DNA of 63,241 nt from positions 1 through 63,241 of the forward strand of contig JBNGIO010005408.1 in the NCBI GenBank assembly GCA_049999805.1. Reading direction: 5' to 3'. The stretch is from Folioceros fuciformis (lineage: Eukaryota). How positions within the stretch are numbered: the stretch's first letter is position 1; every line of letters begins with the position of its first letter. The translations under genes were made by a program, and so were the position numbers. The notes below the pieces were generated by a model. It ran no database searches. It worked only from the letters and a program-made list of their open reading frames with translations, and was not told the origin of the DNA. Shown piece after piece: positions 1-13,092 of this stretch.

Positions 1-421
1 GGCTACTGCTCATCTTTTCACTTCACTTCACACACCAAGGCTACTGCTCATCTTTTCACTTCACTTCACACACCAAGGCTACTGCTCATCTTTTCACGCA
101 CCAAGGCTACTGCTCATCTTTCCACTCTTTGGTAGTTCACTTCACACACCAGGGCTACTGCTCATCTTTTCACTTCACTTCACACACCAAGGCTACTGCT
201 CATCTTTCACTTCACTTCACACACCAAGGCTACTGCTCATCTTTTCACGCACCAAGGCTACTGCTCATCTTTTCACGCACCAAGGCTACTGCTCATCTTT
301 CCACTCTTTGGTAGTTCACTTCACACACCAAGGCTACTGCTCATCTTTCCACCCTTTGGTGGTTCACTTCACACACCAAGGTTACTAGTCATCTTTCCAC
401 TCTTTGGTGGTTCACTTCACA
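1..421. repeat. Tandem minisatellite built on CACACCAAGGCTACTGCTCATCTTT(T/C) with variable 29-45 bp units
   Basis: The core ccaaggctactgctcatcttt recurs about 11 times with variable cacttca / ccactctttggtagtt linkers; the array is truncated at the window start. Confidence 0.95.
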
Positions 422-949
422 CAAGATCGGCGAAGGAAGCAATTTCTCTATGAAACAAAATATATATCCACACTATGATTATTACCCAACAAGGTTTGTG
501 ACTTTAATTTGACTTCCTTTTGGAACACATCATTGCAACCCTTCTACGTACATTGAGACATAAAGATGCAAATTTGTAATACAAAAACTTTGATTCAATT
601 GTTCAATCTGCTACAAGCTTCATGATCAAGCCGCATTATCAAGATAAGCTAGATGCCTACTAACTCTAAGCTTTCTCAACGAACTATCAAAAGAATGTCC
701 ATTCACTCATTCCATACCTCTATATTCTTGCAACATTCCATTGCAAAACTACCTAGGTGAGCATTCTCTGTTGGTATAAATTGTCCATAAAGTTAACTAC
801 CAAAATAACTGTGCCTACCAACTATCCTTTCGTGATAACTTTTCATCTACTAGCTGCCTCTTAGGTCAAAACACAATGGCTTTATCTTCTCTACAGACTT
901 GTTCGTTAAGACTAGTCAACTTGTAGACAAGAGTGTTGGGTTCCAGGAA

Positions 950-1200
950 TAGAAGAAGAAGAGCACACAAAGAAATGAGATTGATGTGCTCAGTTCCTAC
1001 TACAGAAGAAGAAGAGCATACAAAGATGTCAGATGGGAGTGCTTGGTTCTAGTGACATAAGAAGAAGAGCACAAAAAGAAATGAGATGAGAGTGTTGGGT
1101 TTTAACGATAGAAGAAGAAGAGCACACAAAGCAATGAGACAGGAGTGCTGGGTTCTAGCGATAGAAGAAGAAGAGCACACAAAGAAATGAGATTGGAGTA
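950..1200. repeat. Diverged ~53 bp tandem repeat, about 5 copies (AGAAGAAGAAGAGCACACAAAG core)
   Basis: The core recurs at ~952, 1004, 1059, 1110 and 1163; the intervening segments are homologous to each other (aatgagat...gtgct..gttct). Confidence 0.9.
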
Positions 1201-2743
1201 CCATTAGTGGGTTTTGTGAACAAAGATGTCGGGCAACCTGGGTCGGGCCCGATCAATACCGAGCATTTGAGTTCACCTTTTGGTGGGTCCATGAACCCTA
1301 CGTAAACAACTTAGGGTCGATTTCCAACAGCTCAGGCCTGAGCTAGAACTGCATAAGAGACACTTTCTTCGGACTGGGTGCATTGTCTTTTCATTAATCA
1401 CCTAACTTAGAATCAGGGTTACATTTTAAAACCGTGACGATGAAGCCGACTTGGGATGACCATCATCATGACAATACACAATATGAAATAACTTTTAAAT
1501 ATTGCAAGTTCCGCTATGGAAAAGCTTTATTTCCCTGCACTCCCGTCCCAACCTTGTATGTGCTTGCATCATTTTGAAGAAGAGTCAATCATGGAGATGG
1601 TAGTTGCTCTTGCTATGATGGCTATGAGTACTACTAGGTAATAGGATGCTTTGCAAATAGTTGGCAAAGGAAATTGCATTGTCCCAAACCCTAAATCTTA
1701 CATTTTGAATCCCAAGCATAGATGCTTGCCCTATGACAAGAAGCAAACAGTTTGATGAACCACATTTTGCTCATGATGGATTATTGCTTGCGATGATTTT
1801 CATAGACAAATACAGTCCACAAGTTCTAGTGGGTTTGCATCAAGTGGCACTACCAAGTACATCAAACCATGGCAACCAAGGTGTTGGCCAATTTATGAGC
1901 TATATGTTATTATTGATTATCTCCAGCCTTTCAAGAACTTTACAAGGTACTTGCCTACTACTTTCCAATATATTTGTGGTCTAATCTATGATAAATTTGA
2001 GTCTATGGTTGTACCATGGTTGTCTTAGGTCGTTGGCCGAATCATTCCTGTTTAAGAATAAGTGGCAATAGCTCTCCACATCATTCCTGTTCCTAAACCC
2101 GAAATTTTTAATTCTGTCTGCAAAGCCCGTTTCTTGGAGAGACCTTTGTGGATGATTAAGGAGTTTTCAAGAACTTGGGGTGGAAAGGTGGATAAAACCT
2201 CCATAACTTCTTGACTGAAGTCCTAGATGCATACAGCTGAAGAAGAATTGAGCGCAGCTAGAGGCAGACTTATTTCCTCGAGAACACTAGCACCAAAAAC
2301 CCTAGAGTGCATCGTGAACAAGTCTCAGAGGGACACACGATGCCTTGCAAGCACAATGCCTTGCCGCGAGTACCAGGAGAGGAAATGCGTGGCGATGTCC
2401 ATGGAAACGAATGAGACCAAGTGCTGGCCGAAGGCGCGAAAACCAGAGTTTGTTCTAGTTATGCCCGTCTATAACCAGTCAAAGATGAGAATGATGACTT
2501 GTAATTGTCGGTGACACATCATGACTGGTCCATGAACACCTGGGCCAGGTCCTGGTCCGGGTTTTATGTAACCGGGCCGATCGAAATCCCTCACACCCTC
2601 TACCCGTAGCCCGGTATACACGGGATAGCGGACGGACGGAGGGCAATTTCAGTGTGAACGCTACCTACCTCAGAGAATTCCACAGATCTAACACATTGTT
2701 CTCCTCTTTGTTGTCTATCTGATTGAAAACGAGATAAATTACA

Positions 2744-4520
2744 TCAGCCCCTGACAGCATCCGATACCCATGTACGTGCCCTCTCAAAGCCATTTCGGTG
2801 ATTATGGTAATCTTCAATAGCCTCCCGTATCTGCCGCTGCGTGTTCATCACAAATGGACCGTACTGAACGATAGGTTCGTCTAAGGGCTGTCCAGCTATG
2901 AGCAGAAACCGACTAGGCTTGTCAGACTGGTTGGAGACGACCAGACCATCGCCCATGCTGAAGAGTACGGTGTAATGAGCATCCACCGTGGTTACATCCG
3001 ACGAACTTCCGAACGTCGTCTGCCCCTCCAAGGTGTAGGAGAAGGCGTTCCAGTCAGCAGGAATGGGCTGATGTACCATTGCTCCAGGGTGTAAAGTGAA
3101 ATCCAGAAACATGGTTGCAGTCCGAGTATACACCTGTGATTTCACGCCCAGAGACTCTCCTGCGATTACCCTGACTTTCACACCATCTTTCTCCACTTCT
3201 CGAACATCCTTGGATTCTAGTTCCTGGTAGGCCGGCTCGATCCTGAAACAACCCGTTTTGACAATTTCAATCATAGTTTACACACCAGAACAAGCATACT
3301 TGCCTGCTCCTGCACAGAAGAGAGGGGAACGTACATCTTGTCTTTGGCTGGTAAGTTAACCCAAAGCTGCAGAGCACGCTGGACCCCATTTGAGGCGGGC
3401 ATTTCAGAATGGACGATGCCTTTTCCTGCTGTCATCCACTGCAACGCACCGAGTGGGTCCGAACTAAGATGAAAATTGCTGCATTACAACCCTCCCTTCT
3501 TTCTTTATCGGCTCATCCTTCAAAATGATTCCATACGTGCGAGGACATACCTGGAGGTCACCAGCCTTTATGGTACCCTTGTGGCCTGCAAAATCTTCGT
3601 GCGTAATAGCACCCTGCAAAGGTCACGCGTTCGGACAGGAAAGCATTTCAGTTGGACCGCGGCAGCAACTACCAGTCACAAACATATCATTAACTCGCAA
3701 TCTAGAGACTGCATACCTCTAACACATAAGTAACGGTCTCAAATCCTGCAATTTCCAAGGAAGCTGTGAGATGCAGGACACCAACTGGAAGTACCACCAC
3801 CACAGAAAACAACTACAACGTACACCCATGCATACCCCGATGCGGATGGTCGGGAAAGCCCGCAGGAGGAGCAACTGCCAGCCACAACGAGTCAAGTTCC
3901 AGGCAAGCACGACACACACTGAACTTCAAAACTCACAATTTGACACCCTTCCTTCTTCCTCCTCTTACGGGTAAGATAGTCGAGCATGAGAAACGGATCC
4001 AACTGCTTCACCTCAGGCCTGCAAACAGCCCACCACAACCCATCAACCACAACCCCGAAATGACGGCATCTGAAACGCTTCCGGCACCAACCCACCTGCC
4101 AATGCTGCGCCTGACTCTGGCGCCCACGCCCTCCGCCTGCTCCACAGACCGCAGCTTCCTGACCAGAGAGCGCGGCTTGGCGAAGGGCACGCCAGCCCCA
4201 GAGCCGGCGACGCTGGACTCAGTCCCAGACATAGTCAGCCCCTGTTTGCGGGGCCGGGTGAAGAAACCGGAAGAGGGTCGGACGGTCGAGGCCCCAGCCA
4301 AGGGATTGCCTTTGGTCACGAAGAGAGCGGCGGGCAGGAGAATGAGGCAAAGCAGGCCCAGGAGGAGCAGGAGATTGGTGAGCAGGGCGGCGCCCAGATC
4401 GAAGTGGCGCTGCGAGGGTGGGAGCCTGGAGAGCCTGGAGGGCCTCGGGGCTTGCAACCTGCGCTGCTGGAACGAGCTCAATCCGCGCTGCTGTTGCTGA
4501 AGCTGGTAACTCGGGGCCAT
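2744..4520 (-). CDS. Pirin-like bicupin protein (7 exons) with a hydrophobic N-terminal extension
   Basis: Spliced exons with GT-AG junctions read EQAEGVGARVRRSIGR / PEVKQLDPFLMLD / APPAGFPDHPHRG / FETVTYVLE / GAITHEDFAGHKGTIKAGDLQ / WMTAGKGIVHSEMP...LQLWVNLP / IEPAYQE...GQPLDEPIVQYGPFVMNT. The metal ligands (HxH, HxE) are intact. Confidence 0.95.
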
Positions 4521-6134
4521 AGCCGAAGAGCTGGGCCTGCAGTTATATTGCGTCTGCTCCAGCTCTGGGCCCCTGCCCCTGGGGGCTCCATCTCCCAGCT
4601 GCCAGATCCTTCCCGATCACTGAGCGCTCCAACCTGCGCTGCTGCCTAGGGAACATCCCGTCGCCCTTTCCTGCCTCTTTGTAAAATCCCGGAACTCTTC
4701 CCCAGTAAACCGATTCTTTCGTTTTCTCCAAAACATCAGGCGAATATTTATCTCATTCTAACGTCACTAAACGTGACGAATCGTACAAGATTCTTCTTTC
4801 AGTTTTATCCCAGTCCACAGAAGCCCACATCCACACGGGCCAATTAGAACAAGTCTTAAAACAAGAAGCTGGAATCCGTTCTACTAAGAGGACGGGTTGT
4901 ATATTTATTTAATATCAATTTTATAATATTAATAATATATATATAATATAGTTTTTGAGAATGATATTCAATAGGCTCGGTTGTACTTCAATTTTACAGT
5001 AATAGGATTTTGTTTTCAATAATAAAAAATATATTTTATTGAAACTAAAATAAGATATATTTCACCTCCAATAATATTATGTATTTATGATATGTGTATA
5101 TGTATTTATGTGAGTCTTATTGTGGAGTGTTCTTAGATATTTTTCATTATTTTTTTAAAATAAAAGGATTATTATTACTGTTACTATGATTTAATAAGGG
5201 TTATTATTTTGCCCTTCGATACAATGTGTAGTGTGTCTCACACACTCCTCTTGAGTTACAGGTTTGGCTGCTCAACAACGACACATAGATTGTTGCCCTA
5301 AGGTATGTAGATATTGGGCACGCTATTTTTCTTCGTTCAAGGTAGAAAATGTATTCAAGGATTATTTTTGCCCTCCTATAGGCTACCCAATCTAAGAAAA
5401 TCGAACTTGCTCATTTTAGAAGAACAAGAAAACATGGAAAAACCCATCTACCCCTAGAGAGGGAAGTTGGGCATAACTTCATTCTCCTTGCTACTAAGAC
5501 CTATGGAGTAACACGTAAGGCATTCTCCAAGTTTCTAAAGACCTATGCCAAGGCAATCACAATCATAGTCTTGGAAAGTGGAGTTCGTCTACCTTTATTT
5601 CATGTTGTGAATGGTCAAGAAAGGATGTCCATCACTCTTTGTAGGGTGGTGGCAAATGTGGTTTACAAAATGATAGCAAGTACAAGGAAGTGGTGTCAAC
5701 AATTCTAATGACAGATAGACCCTTTCAACTCCCAGATTAGTATTCGAAGGAAGATGAATTTCACCATCTTGTTAAAGTTTATAAACTCCACATCTTCTAG
5801 ACTAGCCTGGGTGGGTGCCTCACTTTGGTGGTTTGTCTCACTCTTTCAAGTCTAGTGATGGTTTCCCAAGCTTGTTTTCCAAGGGGGATTGGTTCTTTGT
5901 TTTCTTCCATCCTTCTTGAGATGGATGGCTTTTCCTATTTTGTTGTTCCACATTTTCTTTTGAATAAAAAAACTTTATATATATATATTTATATAAAATA
6001 AATGTGTAAATATCACACGTCTCATGATCATACTTTTAGGTGTAGAGATAGATAACAACATATAAGTATAAACATTTTAAAGCTTCTTAAAATATGGATG
6101 GGTGTACCATTTACGTACGTACATACCTGCAATC

Positions 6135-8256
6135 CTAAGCCCAAGAAGCGCATAGGAGAGTGACGGCCTCAGCGTTTTTAAGTACAGGTGTGTGATACAG
6201 TTGATATGGAAGTCGAGGTGTTGGAACGGCATGCAGTGGATTTGCTCGGACGAGTGAGAGGCCCGATATCTCCTCCACGTCAACATCCAGGGGCTTCACG
6301 CCTGGCGGAGGGGACCATTCAAATGCTTGAATCAGTCTGGCAGCAACATGATGCACTTGGTTCAGACCCACGAGAGTGCCTGGGCAGCGTCGTCGTCCGG
6401 CCCCGAACGGCAGCAGCTGAAAGTGTTGTCCTTTAACATCGATATCTGGCCTGCATACATGCACCAAGCAGCCCAGATGCATGCGGGGTCGACAAGGAAT
6501 CAGTAGCCAACATTGTTTCCAGGATCACAGACATCGGCTTAGCGCTTAGTACTAGTCAGCCCCTTCGTGTAATCCTAGTAATCTTGAGCGGAAGTGCGCA
6601 AGGCGGGGAAGATGGCTCCAGGATGTTACCGCTCAAGGAACCTCTCGGGGCGGAACTGTTCTGGCTCGTCCCAGGCATCAGGGTCTCGGGCAATGGCCCA
6701 GACGTTGACAAACAAAGTGGTGTTGGCGGGGATGTCGTAACCCATCACCGTGGTCTGCTCAGTGGACATGTGCGGGATCAGGAACGCTCCAGCAGGGTGC
6801 ATGCGGAGTACTTCTTTCATCGTTGCCTGGAAGTATGGCAGCTTGGGAATGTCCGCGTCTGTCACCGACCGCTCCTTTCCCACCACGGAGTCCATTTCGG
6901 CCTGAAGCTTAGATGCCACCTCAGGATATCGGATTATCTCTGCAATGGTCCATTCCAGAACATTGGCTGTGCTCTCAGTCGCGGCCAGCAGAATATCCTG
7001 CTTTCAAGCAAAGCAAGCAAGACTGGAGCTCAGCACCGTCATGGGTTAGGTCTGGACGAATGTCAGTCACGCATGGCGCAGGAAGTTCCAGGCAATGGTG
7101 GCGAGTACCGTGCAGAGAGCTTTGCAACTTGTCTCATCTATGCTCGTGGCCGCATCTTGGTCTGCAAGCTTAAGCAGAACATCGAGGAAGTCGGAATTCG
7201 TTTCGTTAGGGTTCGTCTTGTGATCTGTCACGATATCGTTAAGAAAGCTGTCAAATCGCGTGCTGACCCTGGTCATCCTGTTCCTGGTATGCCTGTCCAG
7301 GAAAGATAAGTACGGAATGTAGTCCCCCACGAGCTGCACTTGGAGAAGCTCAAAGAAGTCCGTTATCAGTTGTGTGGAATCCATTGCCTGCTGTTCCTGA
7401 ATGATCAACAGACAATATCTCCCCAAGAGTTATCTAAGGCACTGATATTAGTATAGAATGTGAAATGGACGATGCTATCCACATGCTTGCAATCTGGAAG
7501 GCCAGTAAGCTCACATCATCGGTGTCAGGCTTCCCTGATGCACTCTTCCTAGCCAGAGGCCCGCCATCGAGAGTGAAAAAACGCTTGCTGAAGCATAGTT
7601 GTGTGATCACGTTGAAAGAAAACATGCTGAAGAAGTCGCGTGTCCTAACAGGGGCACCTTCGTTGCCAATTGCAAGACTGTACAAGGCTGCAAGCAAGGC
7701 TGACGTTTCTGCATTCCGCACGCGGGGTACTCTCTCCTGAGTCATAAGCTCCATTGCCGCGATCTTCCTGCATCGGGCGTGCATTTGACACAGCTAACCA
7801 ACCCGCAACACGCCAAGACACAATGGTGTTCGACTCTGCACTAAGTTTGATCAAACCTGCTTACCTTGCCAGCCGCCAATGCTCCCCGGCAGGAGCAAAT
7901 GCCATGCCTTTAGTGCCGTACATGAGGATCTTATATGCTGAAGATGGTGGGCGAGAAGCAAAAATATGGTCCTGATCTTTCAAAACAATCCTGGCAACCT
8001 CCGCCGTCGACGCCACAATGCAAGGGGCAGATCCCAGCTTCAGGAACATGAGCGGAGTGTATATCTTGGCAAGGTGCGCCAGACGCTGGTGCGGTACCTT
8101 GGAACTGGCAGAAAATATGGTCAGGTTCCCCAGTACGGGAATGCCAGGAGGTCCTGGAGGCAACTTTAGCCGAGGCCCCCTGCTCCTTCTCCAGACGTCG
8201 TAGACAAGGGCCAAGCCGAGTACAGCAAGAGCAAGCCATGGGATCGAGAACCCCAT
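6135..8256 (-). CDS. Cytochrome P450, CYP71 clan (A-type), 5 exons, apparently intact
   Basis: N-terminal TM followed by LPPGPPGIPVLGNL, I-helix LLAATESTA, K-helix KEVLRMHP, FRPERF and heme motif PFGAGRRRCPG. All four GT-AG introns splice in phase. Confidence 0.93.
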
Positions 8257-9441
8257 GAATGCATGGAATGGATGCGACAAACACTGGTACCTCGGATTTC
8301 CTGTACGCTTGGGAGAGGAAGTGTTAAGTAAAGCATTTTCCGAGTCAGAGCGAAGTTGTGGATTCAGGGAGAGGTGTAGATCTGAGGTCACTCGGTGCAC
8401 GTGAACCATCATTGGTGGATCGTAGTCCCAGGACGTTAGCCTTCCGTACCGTGCCAAACCATGTAATCTGTTGCAAACAGTTGTGAGGGAGTGGTTGACA
8501 ATGTTTTGGACACTCGGTTGTCCCCTATAAGAAAAGTATTCCGGATCACGGGTTAGTAAAGGAAATATCTACCTCACGGTCACATTAAGCATCGCCAATT
8601 GTGCCACATCTACGTGTTCCACCCCCAAGCCACATGTTGCAGTTGCAGAGCTTGGAAAATCTGCTCACGACTCACCACATGCGGCTTTGTTGAAGGTCCG
8701 GCTACTCCGGTATGTCGGCAGCTGCCTTGAGCTTCTTCCTACTCACCACTGATTTCAGTTCCCTCACCTAACGTGATCCTGTACCTCCCAGCCTCCCGTC
8801 CTACGCGCACATTTGCTGGAGGTGGAATCCGTTGGGGCAATTAGGGGGGTGCGATATAGTTTTGGATTTGCCGTGCCATGTGTATGCTGACCACCCGGCC
8901 TCCTAAAACAACCTTGTACACCAAGGGTGGAAGTTTTTTGACCTCCAACGTTGCGAGGGATTTGAAGAAGAACCCACATCACGCACTTCGGAGACCAAAA
9001 TGGAATCCTCCTCTCCATAAATTTGAATAGGTGCTAGTAGAGGATACATATGATCTGACAAGCTGCATACTACCACAGTCGAGGTTGGAATTTGAGTTTC
9101 CTTGGAGTCACTCCTTTGCTGTTTGTTTTACGTCCTATAGTTCCTTCCCGTCCAACCTAACTACTACTAAAAGACCCGTAGATCTATATAGTCTCACCCT
9201 CACATGTTCAACTACTGCCTTGCCTTGCCTTGCCTTGCTCCTAGTATAGTGGTAAATCCATTTATAAAGTAGTCTACACATCCTCTAACAACTTGGGAGG
9301 AAGCCACTAACCCCTATTATCGCTAATTATATAGCCTGACTAAGCCCTGTTATTATTAATTACATAGCTTTCTCCTTTCAAGAGAAGAGCTGGGTTTTGT
9401 ATCTTCTTGTTATAAAATGAAGTCTCGATTGGAGGATGATT

Positions 9442-10239
9442 TTACGTAAATGTATTTGAGAAGAGATCGAAGGCTTTGGCCGGGTCGAAGCCGCAGCCGA
9501 CGACCATGCAGGCGATGTCCGCATCGGTCTCGAGGAAGTCATTGACGAAGACAACAGACTCGGTAACGACTCCTCTGGCACAGGCGAAAGCACCAGTTCC
9601 TCCCACCACCGAGTAGGTGTAAGGCTCCGGGAAGATGGCCGTGTTAGGCTCAAATCCTTGGAAGTTGATGCTGCTGTTGGCCGGGAGGCCGCTCTCGCTG
9701 GTGAACGTGAGCGTCCACTTGTTCTCGTAGGCCGAGAACTCTTGATTATCGTAGAAGAGGACGCCACGGGCTTTGGCGATGACGAGGGAGTTGGGATCCG
9801 CCGTAATGGTTGAACTCACCTCGAAGGTGTCGATCCGACCGAAGTCGTTGGGTCCGACCGCCGGCACCGTCTCTACCTCGGTCCCGACGAAGAACTGCTG
9901 AAAGAACCTGATGCAAACGAAAGTGGGCTCAGCCTCCAGCGCGTTGCCACCTTTGATGGCGTTGAGGAAGGCCATCACGTTGGCGCCCGGGGCCGGTGGT
10001 GGCGTTGGCGGGGATGAGTCCCTTCCTTCGTCCTTGGCCTTGACCCTGCCATTGTTCTCACCTACATCCGGATCCTCTTCGTAGGTGGCGCCCATGGAGC
10101 TGCCGAGGGCGCGCAGGTTTGAATCCGGATCCGGTTCGCCGGTGGCGTCCACGGCGCTGCCAGGGGTGGCAGTCAGCACGCATGCCGCCACCGCGGCCAG
10201 GACCAAGGCTGCAACCCACACATGCTTTGAAGTACCCAT
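9442..10239 (-). CDS. Dirigent-like protein 1 (intronless, signal peptide, acidic/Pro-rich linker)
   Basis: Signal peptide MGTSKHVWVAALVLAAVAACVL. Dirigent-type motifs FGRIDTFE..TADPNS..IAKARG and SVVGGTGAFACARG. Confidence 0.85.
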   Translation of the reverse strand: MGTSKHVWVAALVLAAVAACVLTATPGSAVDATGEPDPDSNLRALGSSMGATYEEDPDVGENNGRVKAKDEGRDSSPPTPPPAPGANVMAFLNAIKGGNALEAEPTFVCIRFFQQFFVGTEVETVPAVGPNDFGRIDTFEVSSTITADPNSLVIAKARGVLFYDNQEFSAYENKWTLTFTSESGLPANSSINFQGFEPNTAIFPEPYTYSVVGGTGAFACARGVVTESVVFVNDFLETDADIACMVVGCGFDPAKAFDLFSNTFT

Positions 10240-11119
10240 GCTCGGATCCCGTGAGATATATGCTTCCTCGGTAGGCGGAAACCGTGAGTACAGCAAATGG
10301 GAACCAAGGCCCTGCTGGGAATGTGAAGCAGGGTGAAGCAGGAAGCGCTCGCGTTGGTGCTCGCGCTAGCTCCAGGGAGGACAACCCCACTACTGCCCTC
10401 TTATGCGTCTCATGCGACTCATAGGTGCTTAAGATTTTTGGGCGATGCTTAAGCACGCCCCTCACATGGGCCAGCCAGGAATTGCCTCCAAGCTTGCCTC
10501 ATTCGTCTAGTGCTAGTGATCAGCGCACGGAGCGTGGTTCGGGACTTTTGTGATGGTAGAGGCCAACCGAATTGCAAGATCCGTGATGCTTACGATCCGC
10601 AACACCCATGTATATCCTGCCCCTTGTCAACCAGGGTACAAAGGCACACGGTCAATGTGTCCCCAAGTTGGGTGAATGGCTGTATATCATATTACTGACC
10701 TAAAAGATGTTAGAAGCATCCTCCATGAACAAAAAATGTAGATGCTAGAAAAAGGGCCCCTCAACATATCGGCTTATCGGCTTATATATTTCTTTGACAA
10801 TAGTTCGTCGGTAAATTCGTCTTATGTTAAAATTATTTGGAATTATCATTAATAAATAATATTATATACATATAAATTCAAACTAAAATAATATATAAAT
10901 GATAAAATAATAAATTATTAGTGTTGAATAGAAAAGAAGAAAAAGAAGGATTCTATTAAAGTTCACTGAGGATGAAGATTTCCATCATGTGCTTTTGTAT
11001 TAAACAACTTGTACCATACCTAACTATTTGCTCCAAAGAACATTATTCCCTCCAAGGAAAAAAAAGAATTATATTAGGGCAACTCAAAGTTAGGCTTGGC
11101 AGCCGACAGGAATGTCATT

Positions 11120-11570
11120 TAGTTGCCAAAATAAGTTTGATTGCCAAAATAAGTTTGAGATAGCCAACCGACCATCACAAGACGGGAGTCATTTGGAAAT
11201 GGGGAATGGCCAATTCCCGTATCCTAGAATTTGCCAAGTTGCCTTGGGTCTATCTTCTAGGTTTTCATGTGTGCCTCCAAGTGCTTGCTTGTCTCTAAGC
11301 CTTTTGTGCCTGTTTGTTTCAATGACATGTTTGCCTAACTCCAGGACTTTTTTTTGGCTACCTTCAAGTGCTTGCTTGTCTCCAAGGCTTTTGTGCTTGT
11401 TTGTTTCATGTTTGCCTACCTCTAAGACTTTCCTCCTTGTTTATGCTTGCATGCTTCCAAGGTTGACATATGTGCCTAGTTCCAAGGTTTTTGCATTAGC
11501 TTGTCTCCAAGGTTTTCGTATCTACTCGTCTCCAAAGCTTTTGTGCTCACATCCAAGGCTTTCATTTCAT
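11120..11570. repeat. Local tandem and diverged duplications (ttgccaaaataagtttga x2; caagtgcttgcttgtctc...ttttgtgc...tgtttgcct repeats), probably TE-derived
   Basis: Direct repeats are visible at ~11123/11141 and ~11278/11365, with weaker copies out to 11570. Confidence 0.65.
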
Positions 11571-12589
11571 CACTGCTTTCTCAATGTGCCCCATGTGAGT
11601 CATTACTAACAACTTTTGGAGATTGTGGTCCAAGCAGTTGATTTAAGCTTCATGATTGTAGATGACTTAATGTTCATGGAAGTTAGTGGATAAGCTAGTG
11701 GGATTTCAGCACTTAGCTCAATGCTTTTTGAAGTTGATCATTTTTCTAGTTATACAAATTCATTCAATGATGATTCATTGGCCTTTTAGTGGTTCCAGTT
11801 CTACTCTTGCCTACAATAGTGGCAACTAGGATGTACTTGCTCAAATGTTTGCAATATGCCTTATATTTTTTCCAACATGACATGTGTCCAAGGTGATTTC
11901 GGCATATGACTAGAATGCATCAACATTTCTTCTTCTCTTTGGTAGACATGATCTCATCTCACATTGTATTTCAAAATAATGCCCTTGTAAGTCAAACTCT
12001 TGCATGTCTGCAGCTAGCCTTATATCTTAACAGGCTAGGCCATTCAGGAAATGGAATATCTATTCAAGAAGTCTTGCAATAGTGGGGGATTAGGATAGAA
12101 GGAGTGGTGGCCTTCCATGCTTAGGTTACATTAAACTCATTATGTGCAAAAAAAGTGCCAACAGCACGATAAATAGGGAATACATGTGTTCGAGGAAGAA
12201 GTGGAGTGACAGGATCCAATGGAGTGGCAAGGGAGTGTGTGGACTATTGAGAGGACTAGGTTGATGATGTTGGCACTTTAGCTGCATGGCCTTTCAGGTC
12301 TTCAAGCTTAGCATCTACTAGCTGCATACATACGCTCACCCAAATAATTAGCAAACATTGCAAACCGGCTAGAGGTCAGCTCTAGATTGAAGGACCAGAT
12401 GGTATTCCGATTTCAAAAATATCTAGTGGGCTCATGTTAGGCTATTTTCCAACAATGGCATGTATCTAGTTAAAGCAAAGGCATATGCCCTCCAACTTTC
12501 CTAAATGGTAACACCTATGCTACATATAGTAAGTGTTTGACATGATGTCTAGTTAAATTGGTTCAGAATGCCAAAAATTGTAGGTAAGA

Positions 12590-12780
12590 ACTAGTCAAAG
12601 AAGACCGCCTTTATAGCCATGGCTGCAACTTTGTGTGAGCATGGATTCACAACCCTCGATGAGTACAAGCTAAAGAAAAGGGGGCAATGCTATGTGGCCA
12701 AGTACAAAAAAGTAGCTGAATTTATTAAGGAAACAGGGAAAGTTTTGACTAATGAGCAATGTATACATTAGTAGAAACGG
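12590..12780 (+). pseudogene. Possible degenerate Myb/SANT-like (Harbinger ORF-type) fragment
   Basis: Translates as KKTAFIAMAATLCEHGF...KLKKRGQCYVAKYKKVAEFIKETG, reminiscent of trihelix/MADF domains; surrounded by stop codons. Confidence 0.3.
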
Positions 12781-13092
12781 GTTAATTTGGTTCAAGATCC
12801 TATGACTGTGCCTTTGTAAAGACGCTTTGAGCTATGCGCTTGCGGTGAGTTGACTTGGTTGGTTGTAATGGGACTAATGGCTATGAGCTGGAAGCTAGCA
12901 CAAGCACAAGAGAGGGCATGCTATTTGGTAGAGGAATGTCACTTCTCTAGTAAATAGCAACAATAGGCTGCCCTGCAAAAGCAAGAGAAGGCATGGTGTT
13001 AGTGGTTGAGTGTAGTTTTTAAGATATCCTAGTAATAGGATTGCATCTAATCTAGCATGATCAAGACGTCATGCTCACAAAGATATTTCATG

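Noticed and set aside
1-421. ORF 129..314 and a possible telomere or CRISPR array
   Set aside because: The ORF is a by-product of the tandem repeat; there are no TTTAGGG units or unique spacers.
950-1200. CRISPR-like look (conserved 22 bp core with variable intervals)
   Set aside because: The 'spacers' are homologous to one another, there are no cas genes and the context is eukaryotic. It is a diverged minisatellite.
1300-2660. Short ORFs (1733..1984, 2227..2514) as genes
   Set aside because: No recognisable motifs; this looks like decayed repeat or TE sequence that I cannot classify.
4900-5210. Very AT-rich islands (also ~10800-10960, 16280-16400, 34300-34420, 62460-62600) as organellar insertions or foreign DNA
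   Set aside because: Low complexity with no organellar gene similarity; the last one lies inside the pogo-like element, so a TE origin is the simpler explanation.
11112-11609. 165 aa hydrophobic ORF
   Set aside because: Produced by local repeats; low-complexity Leu/Cys/Ser content and no domain.
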